Shown here: positions 1 through 10,446 of the stretch, one piece after another
How positions within the stretch are numbered: position 1 is the stretch's first letter
Layout of the letters: every line of letters starts with the position of its first letter
Source: an uncultured virus (IMG/VR IMGVR_UViG_3300049734_000160)
Taxonomy: Duplodnaviria; Heunggongvirae; Uroviricota; Caudoviricetes
Virus record (IMG/VR): IMGVR_UViG_3300049734_000160
DNA: 64,000 nucleotides
Strand: one strand, 5' to 3'
Made by a program: the position numbers and the translations under genes
The notes under the pieces: generated by a model
Database searches by the model: none
What the model was told of the DNA's origin: nothing
What the model saw: the letters and a program-made list of their open reading frames with translations, nothing else

Positions 1-14
1 CCAAAGACCTCCTG

Positions 15-884
15 ATGGAGGGCTCGAACTTTGCCGCTTATCCGAAGGTGACATTCGGCGGCGTTCTATTTGGTACCGCAGGATCGGAAATCGAAGTTTC
101 CGTCAAGGGCACAGTAAACCCGTCGTTTTTATATTTCCAAAAAATGACCGCGCCTTCGGGTGTCGAATGGACCAAAGGGGATGTTTATTCGGTTACCGCG
201 ATCTACGACGACCGCCATCGATCACAGGCCTGGCGTTCACGCTTGTCCGCCCCGTTGACCTTTCACGTCGCCGTAACGCCTGACGGGGAGGCGCGTCTAT
301 TGAAGGAACTGATTTGTTTCTCATCGGCGATAATTCCGATGAGGACCAAGCGGGGCCGCAAACATAAGGCCCAGGCGATCGCGTTTAGCTCGCGCCGGTG
401 GGATTACCCAAAACACTTAAAGCAGATTGCTGCCGACCACGATGAGGACGTTTCAGCGTGGGCGCTACGGCTTTTCAAATTTGCCTTCTTTACCTCCGCG
501 GAATGCCAATCAAGCATCATCGTTCGCGCCAAGAAGGACGGAGTAACGGCGGCCTTTGGCATCGACGCCCCGAGGGCAAAAGTATTTTTCAAGGACCGCG
601 ACTCAACGGCGCTGGCGGCCGACGGAAAGCGCAAGCGGATTTTCCATTCTGTTCGGGCACATCACCGCGTCACGCTGGTACATAAGAACGAAGTCAAAGC
701 GCACTATCGCGGGCTGCGGCACTTCGGCTGGAACGGTTACGGCATTGCCATCGTGTTTCCTGACAACAATCGCCTATTACGGTTCACGGGAGCCGCGCGA
801 TATCTCCAAGATACTGACGATACGCGCCCGACGCTTAGCATGAAGGAAGCGGGAAAGATAATCGACAGGGCCCTCACGGCTTAA
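15..884 (+). CDS. hypothetical protein, probably 5'-truncated by the window edge; C-terminal His/Arg-rich motif (FHSVRAHHR...VKAHYRG)
   Basis: 289-aa ORF; frame is open back to base 3; ends 17 nt before the portal start. Confidence 0.6.
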   Translation: MEGSNFAAYPKVTFGGVLFGTAGSEIEVSVKGTVNPSFLYFQKMTAPSGVEWTKGDVYSVTAIYDDRHRSQAWRSRLSAPLTFHVAVTPDGEARLLKELICFSSAIIPMRTKRGRKHKAQAIAFSSRRWDYPKHLKQIAADHDEDVSAWALRLFKFAFFTSAECQSSIIVRAKKDGVTAAFGIDAPRAKVFFKDRDSTALAADGKRKRIFHSVRAHHRVTLVHKNEVKAHYRGLRHFGWNGYGIAIVFPDNNRLLRFTGAARYLQDTDDTRPTLSMKEAGKIIDRALTA

Positions 885-900
885 AAGGTAAGAGGAAGTT

Positions 901-3522
901 ATGAGTACGGAATTCAACCCGCCGGTAACACCCGCTCTGGCCCCGGTCGGCACTGACTTCGAAGAGCTAAAACCACTCGCCACCGAGGATGAGCGCAAAG
1001 CGCGCTACCGCGCCGAACTGCTGCAGCGCCAAAAGGGCATCGAGCAAAAGTTGTCCGACTTCGTGATCAAGCTGCGCGACGAACTGCGCACGCTCGATAG
1101 CGATGTGCGCACAAAATATCTGCAGGACGTTGACATGATGTGTCGCTACGTCAACGGCGACCAGTACGGCGAATACGTCGATGGCGTTTACGCGGCCCCG
1201 GTTTTCAATGAGGGCGATTTCGCTTACACGATTCCCGTGATCAGCGGCCACGTTGAGCAGGCCTTCATGCAGCTACTCAAGACCAAGATTGAATACGAGT
1301 TCGCTGCCAAAGATGAAGGCGACCCAAACGCGAAGCTGGTCGCGAAGATGTGCGAAGAGCTTGCGGTGGAAGAAAAGTCCCGGCTCATGGATGACGAGTC
1401 GCGCATGGACGAGATTATGAATAGCCTGCTCGCCGGCGTGAGCTATCGCTGCCTGGTGTGGGGCGTCAACCCGGACGCGCCGAAGCGGGTTACCCGTCTC
1501 AGCTACAAAGAAGAAACGATCGAGACCGAAGGGCATCGCGAGTGCGCCGAGTGCAAGATGATGATGGAACCCGGCGAGACGGGCCAGGCCAACGGCGCCG
1601 AGAAGTGTCCGCACTGCGGCAGTAGCAACATCAATGACGTCGCGGGCGGCAGCTTCAAGCGCAGCGTGGCGCAAAAGACCGAAGTCTCATTGGGCGAAAA
1701 CCTGCTGCACATTCCCAACCTGATGAGCGTGCAGCGCGATCTTAAAGCGGCGAAGCTCAAGCACAGCACCTTCATCGTTGAGCGCGACTCGCTGCCGCAA
1801 GGCGAAGCCGAATGGCGCTACCAGACGTTCATTCAGTCAGACAGCGGCAAGCTGCCGATTGATCTCCAGTTTCAGGAAGATAACGCGCGCGGCACCATAC
1901 AGACTGACGCGACGATCGGATCGAGCCGCCTGCATGGCGCCAGTGGACCATACTCGCAGCGGCCGGTGTCACGCGAATACATCTACCTGGATCCGGTGCG
2001 CTATGGCGCTTTCTTCAACGCCGTCGAAGAGACTACGCCTGATGGTGACGTTATTCCCGTCGGCCTGTTAGGTGAGACCTATCCTGATGGGTTGTTCATT
2101 CTCACTTGCGGCAACACGATCATTAAATTCAAGTCGTGTAACTTCCGCCGGCGCTGGACCGAAGTCTTTTACGGGAAGCGCGCGGGCTCGAGTCGGGGCG
2201 CAGGCCTCCAGGGCATGATGCCTTTGAACGACGTCGTCAACGATAGTTTCAATCTTGATTACTCGCTGGGCATGGCGGGCCACCCGTTCACGGTCTTGGC
2301 GCGCAAGCACGTCAAGGACATTCCGGAAGTTAATAACGTGCTCTTCGTCGACAACGTGCCGCCGGGCGGTCTTGATGCGGTTGTGCGCCGGGTGCCCGGT
2401 CAGTCACCGACCGGATTCCTTAGCGCGACCTCGCAACAGGTCCAGGCGGCGATGCAGTTCATTGCCGGCACGGCTACGCTCACCGGCCAGTACGGCGCTC
2501 CCGATAACGCGGTGATGGGGACGGCCACCGGCGTGGCGGCCTCGCAGGAAAACGCTGCCGGTCGCATGACTGGTCCAATCCACCAGATTATTCATGCCGA
2601 CAAAGAATTCATGTTTCAGATCCTGGATAACATTCAGGAGTACTGCACCGAAGAAAAATCGCCTGAACAGTTCCGCGGTCTGGTCAAGCGCTTTGGTCCC
2701 GACATCACGAAGTATTTCTTTCAATGCAATTTCCGGCAGACGGTAAACATCAACGTCGCCGCCAACAGTGACACGCCGCGCTCGCTGGCGCTGACGCAGG
2801 CGAAGGCGATGGCCTTCGGACAAATCGCGGCCGCGTTCGCGCGCACGGAAGTGCCCTGGGTTGAGGACATGCTGGCCTCACTGGCAGACACGCTGGGTAT
2901 TCCTTTCGATATTGGACCAGGGCGCAGCGATCGCCGCGAGGCGAGCTACCGGCTGAACAAGCTGGCGGCGATTGAAGAGCGAATCAAAGAGAAGAACGCG
3001 ATGATGCTGGCCGACACCGCCAAGGCCGCGTTGTTGATGTTCGCGGCGCTCTCGGAATTCTGCGAGCCGCTAATGCAGCCCGATGATCCGTCGGCCATGT
3101 TCCTGCAGGACCATCAGGCCTTCATGGACGTTTACAAAGACGCGCTCTTTAGTGAAGAGGCGAAGTCCTGGAGTGACGCGCGCCGGCAGGTGGTGGTGCA
3201 AATGTGGATGATGCACTTCCAGGCGAACGAGGCGCGCGATTTCAAACTCGCCGAGAAGCAGCGCGGCGTAGCAGAGACGGTGGCGCCGCCGCCGGCGGAA
3301 CCGACTCCCGAAGATATGGCCGCGCAACAAGACGCGGAAGATGAGCGCATGGTCGCCGGGCAGATGCTTGAACGCGAAGCCGACGAGCGCGCGAAGGATG
3401 CCGACTCGCAGCGACGCATGACCGAAGCCGAGCACCAGGCCGAGCTAGACATGGCGACAACGGAAGCGGAGCAGATGGCGGAACCGCCACCGGCCCCGGC
3501 GGCAACGCAACCGGCACAATAG
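901..3522 (+). CDS. portal protein (P22/podovirus-like) with inserted zinc ribbon
   Basis: 873 aa, GAGG SD, first of the portal-scaffold-capsid trio, helical acidic C-terminus; CAEC...CPHC insert. Confidence 0.75.
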   Translation: MSTEFNPPVTPALAPVGTDFEELKPLATEDERKARYRAELLQRQKGIEQKLSDFVIKLRDELRTLDSDVRTKYLQDVDMMCRYVNGDQYGEYVDGVYAAPVFNEGDFAYTIPVISGHVEQAFMQLLKTKIEYEFAAKDEGDPNAKLVAKMCEELAVEEKSRLMDDESRMDEIMNSLLAGVSYRCLVWGVNPDAPKRVTRLSYKEETIETEGHRECAECKMMMEPGETGQANGAEKCPHCGSSNINDVAGGSFKRSVAQKTEVSLGENLLHIPNLMSVQRDLKAAKLKHSTFIVERDSLPQGEAEWRYQTFIQSDSGKLPIDLQFQEDNARGTIQTDATIGSSRLHGASGPYSQRPVSREYIYLDPVRYGAFFNAVEETTPDGDVIPVGLLGETYPDGLFILTCGNTIIKFKSCNFRRRWTEVFYGKRAGSSRGAGLQGMMPLNDVVNDSFNLDYSLGMAGHPFTVLARKHVKDIPEVNNVLFVDNVPPGGLDAVVRRVPGQSPTGFLSATSQQVQAAMQFIAGTATLTGQYGAPDNAVMGTATGVAASQENAAGRMTGPIHQIIHADKEFMFQILDNIQEYCTEEKSPEQFRGLVKRFGPDITKYFFQCNFRQTVNINVAANSDTPRSLALTQAKAMAFGQIAAAFARTEVPWVEDMLASLADTLGIPFDIGPGRSDRREASYRLNKLAAIEERIKEKNAMMLADTAKAALLMFAALSEFCEPLMQPDDPSAMFLQDHQAFMDVYKDALFSEEAKSWSDARRQVVVQMWMMHFQANEARDFKLAEKQRGVAETVAPPPAEPTPEDMAAQQDAEDERMVAGQMLEREADERAKDADSQRRMTEAEHQAELDMATTEAEQMAEPPPAPAATQPAQ

Positions 3523-3524
3523 TT

Positions 3525-3719
3525 ATGGCAGCAAACAACGGGCGGGCCTTGCCCGTCCGTCACATTAGACGAGACGAGCGAAGAAATCACGAGCCTGACT
3601 TGACAGGCCGTGATAAAGTGTCGCTCGAAGAAATCAGGTTGTACGTCGCTGATTTACGCCGGCGACTGAACAGCCTCGATGCGATGCTCAAGCGAGCACA
3701 AGACCCGACAACTGAATAA
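3525..3719 (+). CDS. small coiled-coil hypothetical protein
   Basis: 64-aa ORF starting 2 nt after the portal stop. Confidence 0.5.
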   Translation: MAANNGRALPVRHIRRDERRNHEPDLTGRDKVSLEEIRLYVADLRRRLNSLDAMLKRAQDPTTE

Positions 3720-3770
3720 TAGGATCTTGGAATAGTTTCCACGTCCGCCTTTCCCAGCTTGGGTTCGTCC

Positions 3771-3801
3771 CCGCTGTAGAAACGGCGGGCTTTTTGTTTT
3801 T
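3771..3801 (+). terminator. hairpin plus T-tract upstream of the scaffold gene
   Basis: CCGCTGT-AGAA-ACGGCGG followed by GCTTTTTGTTTTT. Confidence 0.45.
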
Positions 3802-3811
3802 GGGGTTCTGT

Positions 3812-5293
3812 ATGACGCCAGAAGGCGTAATCCAACAACCAGCGGCTCCGGTAGTGGAAGCACCACCACCGGCACCGGAAGCGCCGCCAGCGCCCGAACC
3901 GACCCCGGTCGGCAACTGGCTATTAGAGCAGGCCGTCAATGACGGTGCGGAAAAGACTCCGTTACCCGCCGAGGCTCCCGCAGCGAGCCCGGCGCCAGAG
4001 CAGTCAGCCGCCGCACCGGCACCCGCGCCGGCAAAGCCGGAAGATAAGCCGGCTGAAACACCAGCGCCCGCTACCGCGCAACCACCCGCCGCTGAACCAC
4101 CGCCAACACCGGAAGCAAAGCCTACGCCGACCGTTGAGGCCGATGAGGAATTGACGCCGGAAGAAAACGCGCTCGTGCAGTCCCGCCCCGAAGCGGAACA
4201 ACCTGAGCTTGGTAGGAAACTCAAGACTGCGAGATTTTGGGACCACTACTACGATCAGAACGAGCCGGCGGAACAGATACGCCAACACCTGGAAATGAAA
4301 TCAGCGTCGCGTTACGGCGAGCTCGAGGATTCGATCCTCAAGTATCGGCTGCAGGACACCGCTGGTTTTGCTGACCGCCTCTTCAAAATCGACGAACAAC
4401 TCTATGGACAGGTAGCGCTGGAAGTTTTCAATGGTGACCAGCCATTCTTTATCAAACTTCTAACCGGAAAAGACGTTGACGCGGCCACGGTGAAAGCGGC
4501 CGTCGACGCCTACGATCCGACGAAACCGCCAGCGCCCGTTGAGACCGGCACTCAGCCGGTATTTACCGCCGAAGAGATTGAAGATGTCCGCCTTTACGTC
4601 GGCGAAGAGGCTGCGAAAAAGCTCGAAGCTGTGAAAGCAGCGCCACCCGCAGACGTTGAAGCGTTACGGGCCAAGGTCGCAGAGCTTGAAGCCAAACAGG
4701 CAAAGCCAACCGATCCCGCCGAAGAGGAACGAAAGAAAACCGAGCAGGAAACGCTACGCACGAACCAGGACCAGATCTGGACCGGTGTCACGACCGGCAT
4801 TGAAAGCTACGTCACGAAGTACGCGGATGATGCAAAGAGCGGCTTAGGTCTCAAGGTCACCGACGAGGAAAGAAAGCTCGCGCCGCTAGTGAGCGCGCTG
4901 AAAGATATCAAGCGAGCAATTTTCCTGGACGGCATAGGCACCGACCTGGCTGACTTTGAGAAAGGATTCGGCGAATGGGGTATTGAGTTTCCGGAGTTTA
5001 AGCAGGCGCTCGTGCAGGCCTTGCACTACTCGGAGAAACTGGAAAAGCCCAACGCCGATGCCGCCGGCCAGCGACTGTTGCCGTTTGCCGAACGCTACTT
5101 TAAAGAGCGGTTGAAACATCCGATGTTTGGCCTGCTCGACGAAGCTATTCAGGTGGCCGCGTCCCGCACCAACCCCAAAGTCACCAACGACGCAATCATC
5201 CCCGGAGCGCCTGTCAACTCGCAGACGCCGCCCTCCGACGCCAGCGCCCGTATCAGCGACATGCTGCTACAGGACGCTCTTTCTGTTCGCTAG
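3812..5293 (+). CDS. capsid scaffolding protein
   Basis: Pro/Ala/Glu-rich disordered N-terminus, helical body, directly upstream of the capsid gene; ATG at 3812 preferred. Confidence 0.65.
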   Translation: MTPEGVIQQPAAPVVEAPPPAPEAPPAPEPTPVGNWLLEQAVNDGAEKTPLPAEAPAASPAPEQSAAAPAPAPAKPEDKPAETPAPATAQPPAAEPPPTPEAKPTPTVEADEELTPEENALVQSRPEAEQPELGRKLKTARFWDHYYDQNEPAEQIRQHLEMKSASRYGELEDSILKYRLQDTAGFADRLFKIDEQLYGQVALEVFNGDQPFFIKLLTGKDVDAATVKAAVDAYDPTKPPAPVETGTQPVFTAEEIEDVRLYVGEEAAKKLEAVKAAPPADVEALRAKVAELEAKQAKPTDPAEEERKKTEQETLRTNQDQIWTGVTTGIESYVTKYADDAKSGLGLKVTDEERKLAPLVSALKDIKRAIFLDGIGTDLADFEKGFGEWGIEFPEFKQALVQALHYSEKLEKPNADAAGQRLLPFAERYFKERLKHPMFGLLDEAIQVAASRTNPKVTNDAIIPGAPVNSQTPPSDASARISDMLLQDALSVR

Positions 5294-5309
5294 GTAACGG
5301 AGGCACCCA

Positions 5310-6677
5310 ATGGCTGCAACCCTCAGCACGACTGTAATAAATGCCATTCTGCCCAAACTCATTGAGGACGGGCGGAACTTGATCGTGGCCCAATCCCGAT
5401 TTTTTCAGGAAATGGACAAGGTCAAGAAGGTAAACAAGATCAACCCCGGCGGCGCTTATACGCCCTATCAAGTTTCGGAAAACAACACCGCGTTTGGCGT
5501 GGCCGAAGGCGGCCCGATCCTGACCGGTGCCGCGCCCGAGTTCGCCATGGGCGTGGTCCAACTGCGCCAACACTGGAGCAGCATGAACTGGACCGGTTCG
5601 GTGGAGCGCATTTCTAACGAAGTGCTCACCCAGTTCAAAGCCGATCCAACTTACGAAGGTAAGTCTGTGGCGCATCTGACCAACAACCAGCTTACTCGCC
5701 TCGCCCAAAACGAAGCGGTACGGCAGGTGGTCGACTCGACGCTCAAGATGTACGCGCGCCGCGAAAACTATTTCGCGCTGCAGGGCACGGACAAGAGCGC
5801 GATCGGTGTTATGACGGCGAACATCGCCGGCGCCGGGCTGCAGTTCTCCTGGGATACGACTCTCCAGGGCAACCGCATGTTTTCGAAGGACCAGCAGATT
5901 CAGATCTTTAGTCCGGGCGGCGTGCAGCGCGTGGCCGGCCTCGCGACTATCGGCTCGTCGAAATACAACACGGTGCTTTCGGTGGACGACTCGGCCGCCT
6001 CGGGCGCCACTGGACCAGTGACCCTGGCGGAAGCGGGGCCAACCGACGCCGTCACCGGCGACACGGTCGTCTTTCGTAATTCCTACGGCCTGATGCCGCA
6101 GGGATTCATTTACTACGTCGACGACACGGGCACCTACAAAGGCATCACCCGTTCAACCAACCCGAAGCTCTTCTCGTCGGTTATTAACCGGCTGACGGGT
6201 ACGCCTTCGATCTCCCCGGCTCACATTCGCGAAACGCTTTCGCTGATGGAGTCGAAGATGGGTTACGGCGTTCCGTTCCAGATGCAAATCTGGCTGAACA
6301 AAACGCAAACCTATAACTGGGAGAGCCAGGTTTACCAGAGCCCGTTTGTGCGCAACATCGGGCCAGGAAAAGTCACCGGCGTCGACATGGCGGTAGGGGA
6401 AATGTACTGGGACGGCCACAAGTTTATGACCGACCCGGACGTCCCTCCCGGACACGTCAACTTCGTCAACTTCCTGACCTGGAGAAAGATCGTGCAGACA
6501 CCGACGCAGCCCTATCAATTCGATTCGGGCAGCTACGTGGTCAACCCGCTCAACTCTTACGGCGAGCGGTTGGACTCACGGCAGTCAACGATCTTCTCCG
6601 AGTACAACTGGGACTGCGTTGACCCGCGTTCGAACGGACGCATTGAAGGGTTGGCGTACAACCGCATTCACATCTAG
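5310..6677 (+). CDS. major capsid protein (HK97 fold)
   Basis: 455 aa, GGAGG SD, synteny, capsid-like C-terminus (EYNWDCVDPRSNGRIEGL), hairpin downstream. Confidence 0.8.
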   Translation: MAATLSTTVINAILPKLIEDGRNLIVAQSRFFQEMDKVKKVNKINPGGAYTPYQVSENNTAFGVAEGGPILTGAAPEFAMGVVQLRQHWSSMNWTGSVERISNEVLTQFKADPTYEGKSVAHLTNNQLTRLAQNEAVRQVVDSTLKMYARRENYFALQGTDKSAIGVMTANIAGAGLQFSWDTTLQGNRMFSKDQQIQIFSPGGVQRVAGLATIGSSKYNTVLSVDDSAASGATGPVTLAEAGPTDAVTGDTVVFRNSYGLMPQGFIYYVDDTGTYKGITRSTNPKLFSSVINRLTGTPSISPAHIRETLSLMESKMGYGVPFQMQIWLNKTQTYNWESQVYQSPFVRNIGPGKVTGVDMAVGEMYWDGHKFMTDPDVPPGHVNFVNFLTWRKIVQTPTQPYQFDSGSYVVNPLNSYGERLDSRQSTIFSEYNWDCVDPRSNGRIEGLAYNRIHI

Positions 6678-6705
6678 GGACGTGGTCCATAGCCACGGTG
6701 CCGCA

Positions 6706-6733
6706 GGGGCGGTTTGTGGATTCTTCCGCCCCT
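6706..6733 (+). terminator. GC-rich hairpin after the capsid gene
   Basis: AGGGGCGG...CCGCCCCT inverted repeat; weak T-tract. Confidence 0.4.
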
Positions 6734-6749
6734 GTCCCTAGTTACAACC

Positions 6750-7493
6750 ATGGACCTGCGAGAGAAACAGCTTTACTACCGGTACAGCTACGGCTGGAGC
6801 TACAAAGAGCCGCCGCGGCTGGACAACTCCATTCATCGCGCTTTGCGAGAGATTGACCCGCGCTATCGGTTGATATGGGCCGGCGTGGCTGTCTATCGCG
6901 AGCAGGAAGGTGGGCCGGTGGTAGGGCTGCGCGGCGATCGCGACGCCACCAAACTGCTCTATGGGCAACTGACCGCACGCTACATCGACGCGCGCGTGAA
7001 GCAGTTTGATGGTTACAGCTTCAAGCTCGCGAAGAGCGGGCGCGAAAAGCGCGTTATGCGTGAGGACCTGATTCCGCGCAGCAAGCGCAAAATAGCGGTA
7101 GCGCATTTCGAGTACGTTCACTACGGACAGCTTTTCTGGATCCTCGAAGTCTATCTAACCAGCGAAGAGCTAATTCAAACCGGCTACTACCAGCAAGACG
7201 ATCCCAACCTCCCGACGCCTGGCGACTACGTTCACGTGCTGCACCTGCGCGGCCACGACGGTCTCTATCGCGAGCCCGATCGCGAATGGCTGCAGTGGTG
7301 GGCTGGGCGCCACTACGAAGCGATGAACACGCCGCTCAAGGAACTCTACGCCAAAGACAGAGCGGCCAGCGACGAGCGCCGCCAGGTCGAAGAGGAAGCA
7401 GAAGCGAAGCAGACCTGCGCGGACCCGGAGGACCTGTTGCGACTAACGATCGATGAGCCGTCGCTGTCAAAAAATCCCTATCTAACGAGGTAG
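6750..7493 (+). CDS. hypothetical protein
   Basis: ORF in the structural operon; ATG 6750 lies after the hairpin. Confidence 0.6.
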   Translation: MDLREKQLYYRYSYGWSYKEPPRLDNSIHRALREIDPRYRLIWAGVAVYREQEGGPVVGLRGDRDATKLLYGQLTARYIDARVKQFDGYSFKLAKSGREKRVMREDLIPRSKRKIAVAHFEYVHYGQLFWILEVYLTSEELIQTGYYQQDDPNLPTPGDYVHVLHLRGHDGLYREPDREWLQWWAGRHYEAMNTPLKELYAKDRAASDERRQVEEEAEAKQTCADPEDLLRLTIDEPSLSKNPYLTR

Positions 7494-7497
7494 CTTT

Positions 7498-8502
7498 ATG
7501 GAACCCAACCCACGAGTACAGGAACGGACCAACATCGCCGACGTGCTGCGCGAGCATGGCGGCGCGGGCGGCGTCATGCCTGATCTCTCCAGCACGATGA
7601 AGCGCGTTGAAAGCGTGAACACCGTCAAGTTTGTCTTTCATCCCTGGATGCCTATTCAGAACCTGGGACCGGACGGTTTCAACTTCAATGTGCATTACGA
7701 CGTGCTGCAGCGGCTCAAGCTCATCCCGATTCCGGTTTTCGATTACGCCAAGATCATTCCGCTCAGCAACAACTTCTCGCTGATGTCGGCGGTGGTTGGT
7801 GAGATTGGCGCTATTCCCGGCCGCAACCAGAACCGTATCGAAACGCTCATGCAGATGCCGACGACCAGCGTGATGGCCCTGCGCACGGCCTACGGCAAGT
7901 TCGGGCTGGTGGAGTTGACATCACTGGAGAGTTACGACACGGACACTTTGAACTACAGCTTTGACCTGTTCGATCTGTTGTTTCACGAAGCGACCTCGGA
8001 CATGGAGCGAAAGCTGGGCTACCGGCCACCCGGCTTAGTGCTCGAGGATTATCCGCACTGGCTGGACCATGTCGCGCCGCGGCTGGTCCAAGTACTGCAC
8101 AGCGAGAAGCAGTTACTTGAGCCCGACCGCGCGATGCAGTTGCTGAGTGAGATTCGTCAGAGTGTCAGCCTGGCCGAAGAGGCGGCGCTGAGTCCCTCGG
8201 TCGGCATCCTGCCCAAAACAAAAGAAGGTCTGAACATCACCGCGAATCGCGGCACCGGTGGCAAGACCCACCTGGACGCGCTGGATGAATGGTTACTGAA
8301 ACAGTACCCCTCGTTCGAAATGGATACGGACGTTGAGCGCGCGCGGGCCGCGATGCAAAACGCCATCGAAAGCAGCGGCCAGGGCAACCAGGAAGTGCTC
8401 TCAACGATGGTCCAAATGATCAAGCAGCAACAGACCACGCTGGATCTGCTTACCCAGTTCGTCACCAAGAAACCCACGAAGGCGTCGGCGTCGCCGGAAT
8501 AG
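7498..8502 (+). CDS. hypothetical protein
   Basis: 334-aa ORF, GAGG SD, tight packing. Confidence 0.65.
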   Translation: MEPNPRVQERTNIADVLREHGGAGGVMPDLSSTMKRVESVNTVKFVFHPWMPIQNLGPDGFNFNVHYDVLQRLKLIPIPVFDYAKIIPLSNNFSLMSAVVGEIGAIPGRNQNRIETLMQMPTTSVMALRTAYGKFGLVELTSLESYDTDTLNYSFDLFDLLFHEATSDMERKLGYRPPGLVLEDYPHWLDHVAPRLVQVLHSEKQLLEPDRAMQLLSEIRQSVSLAEEAALSPSVGILPKTKEGLNITANRGTGGKTHLDALDEWLLKQYPSFEMDTDVERARAAMQNAIESSGQGNQEVLSTMVQMIKQQQTTLDLLTQFVTKKPTKASASPE

Positions 8503-8519
8503 AGAAAGGACGGTACGCA

Positions 8520-8915
8520 ATGGGCTTTACGGGCGACGTGAAACTCGCCGCTAACCAGATCAAGACAATTCGCGAACTGGTCCAAGCGGCGATCAATACC
8601 CGCACTTACCCGAACGCTGCGGCTAAACAGGCCGCCTTTGACCGTGTGCCAACGGAGGTTAGTGAGCTTTACATCACACCGCGCACCGCGGCCCTCTTGC
8701 TAATTGATGCTTATGCCGGCGTGCTCAACGGCACGGTCAGCAACAAAGGCGACGGCGTCACCCTCGACACGACTTACTTTACGGTCGATACGAACGGCGG
8801 TAACGCTGTCTCTGCGGCCAAAGACGTAGGTCGTTACTACCGCAAAAAGAACATTGGCAATCTCGTCGTCTACAGCGGCGCGGTAGATGCCTTCATCGAA
8901 GTGGATTTCGAATGA
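8520..8915 (+). CDS. hypothetical (possible virion) protein
   Basis: 131-aa ORF with AAGGA SD. Confidence 0.6.
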   Translation: MGFTGDVKLAANQIKTIRELVQAAINTRTYPNAAAKQAAFDRVPTEVSELYITPRTAALLLIDAYAGVLNGTVSNKGDGVTLDTTYFTVDTNGGNAVSAAKDVGRYYRKKNIGNLVVYSGAVDAFIEVDFE

Positions 8916-8932
8916 GAGACGGAGGAAAGAAA

Positions 8933-9631
8933 ATGGAAACACATAAGGCTGACAGCAGCAGCAGGTTTGAACCGCCGAAGGGTGACGTCAAGAAGAAGAA
9001 GGGCCAAAGCGACAAGCCTGAAATCGGCAAGCTCTTCAAGCTCAAGCTGGGCGAGAAGGTAACGCTAACCGCAACGCCTGGTGGCGGCCAGGGCTCGGCC
9101 ATCAAGGCCGGCGAGCCGGGCCAATGGCAAAGCTCCAGCAATGCGCTAATCATCGACTCCGAGGACCTGACCGGCGATTCCGTGGAAGTGCTGGGCGCCG
9201 CGATTGGTCGCGGTGTCGTCAACTATCGCCAGCTACAGCCGCCGACTCCGGAACTGGTCGGCGCCGCGTCGCTTTTCCATCCCGGCTCCGAGCAGCGAGT
9301 CGCGCTCGATCATTCCTTCGGCGTCGGCTACGAGATCGAAGTCGTCGAGGACCCCGACGCGGACCCGGCCGAAACCGCCGCCGTGCATCCTTTCGATGGT
9401 CTCATTCCGGTGACGGAGTCACAGGAAGAGCCCTCGGAGAAAACGCCCTACGGCATGGGCCTGAATGACAAGCCGGTAGCGCCATATCCGGGCATGGTCG
9501 ACCCGCGCGACTATTCCAGCGTAGCGCGTCAGTCTGAGGACGCGGTAGCCAAGTCGCAGGAGCAGGACCTGGCGAAGCTGAAAGAGCAAACCGCGAAGGG
9601 TGAGAAGAAAGACGACAAAGACAAAAAGTAA
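8933..9631 (+). CDS. hypothetical protein with beta-rich/Ig-like core
   Basis: GGAGG SD before ATG 8933; abuts the next gene. Confidence 0.55.
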   Translation: METHKADSSSRFEPPKGDVKKKKGQSDKPEIGKLFKLKLGEKVTLTATPGGGQGSAIKAGEPGQWQSSSNALIIDSEDLTGDSVEVLGAAIGRGVVNYRQLQPPTPELVGAASLFHPGSEQRVALDHSFGVGYEIEVVEDPDADPAETAAVHPFDGLIPVTESQEEPSEKTPYGMGLNDKPVAPYPGMVDPRDYSSVARQSEDAVAKSQEQDLAKLKEQTAKGEKKDDKDKK

Positions 9632-10393
9632 GTGGAAACCACCCAGCAAATCATTAGTGCGGTCTATACGCTGTTGCGTCGGCCCAGTGAACTAAAGCTG
9701 CACCCGGACGACGTCAAGGACCTGGTTAATGATGAACTGCGCGGTCGGATACAGGATCTGGATCTCGTGGGGCGCGAACAGCGCACGCGCTCTCGCGAGG
9801 TCCACATCGACATGGACGAGACCGATTACCGGGTGCACCTATCTGGGGTCCCTGACTTTGAACCCGTAGGCCTCGAGTATTCGGCCCTCGCCTTTGCGGG
9901 TACGGAGTATTGGGCGGAGGCGACGCTGGTCAACATTCGCAGTTGGACCAGCCAGTACAACATTGCTGACAACCGCGTGCTCGGAGCGTTCTACGGTTCG
10001 CTGACGTTGCGTGAGGGCAGCTATCTGCGATTGAACCTGGACCCACAAGCGGTCGGCGATTATCGCTGGCGCCTTACTTATCGTGAGCCGCTAGTACGCA
10101 TCGTGCAGGAAGGCGAGCGCCCGCCGATTCCGACGAACTTTCTACCGATCATAAAAATCGCCGCCGCACTCAAGGCGATTCCGATCCTGCAAGACAACTC
10201 GAAGGAATGGAAAGCGTGGGTGCAAAACACGGTGCCGATTTACACCGCGGATCTGTTGCGCTGGGAAGAGCGCTGGCGCGTCTATCTCGAAACTTCCGCT
10301 GAACCACCAACGCAACCGATGAAATCGTTCAACTCTTTCCGGCGCTTCTTGCGGCGGAGCACTCGGGGCTATCTGCCACGGCAATGCGGTTAG
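9632..10393 (+). CDS. head-tail adaptor / tail ring protein 1
   Basis: 253 aa; N-terminal helix T.QQIISAVY.LL typical of adaptor/tubular-A proteins; synteny. Confidence 0.55.
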   Translation: METTQQIISAVYTLLRRPSELKLHPDDVKDLVNDELRGRIQDLDLVGREQRTRSREVHIDMDETDYRVHLSGVPDFEPVGLEYSALAFAGTEYWAEATLVNIRSWTSQYNIADNRVLGAFYGSLTLREGSYLRLNLDPQAVGDYRWRLTYREPLVRIVQEGERPPIPTNFLPIIKIAAALKAIPILQDNSKEWKAWVQNTVPIYTADLLRWEERWRVYLETSAEPPTQPMKSFNSFRRFLRRSTRGYLPRQCG

Positions 10394-10398
10394 CGCCG

Positions 10399-10442
10399 TG
10401 AGTCGATTGTGAGCCGATTCTGAGTCGATTCTGAGCCGATTC
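10399..10442 (+). repeat. four tandem 11-bp units TGAG(T/C)CGATT(G/C)
   Basis: read directly; fills the intergenic gap. Confidence 0.95.
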
Positions 10443-10446
10443 GAAA

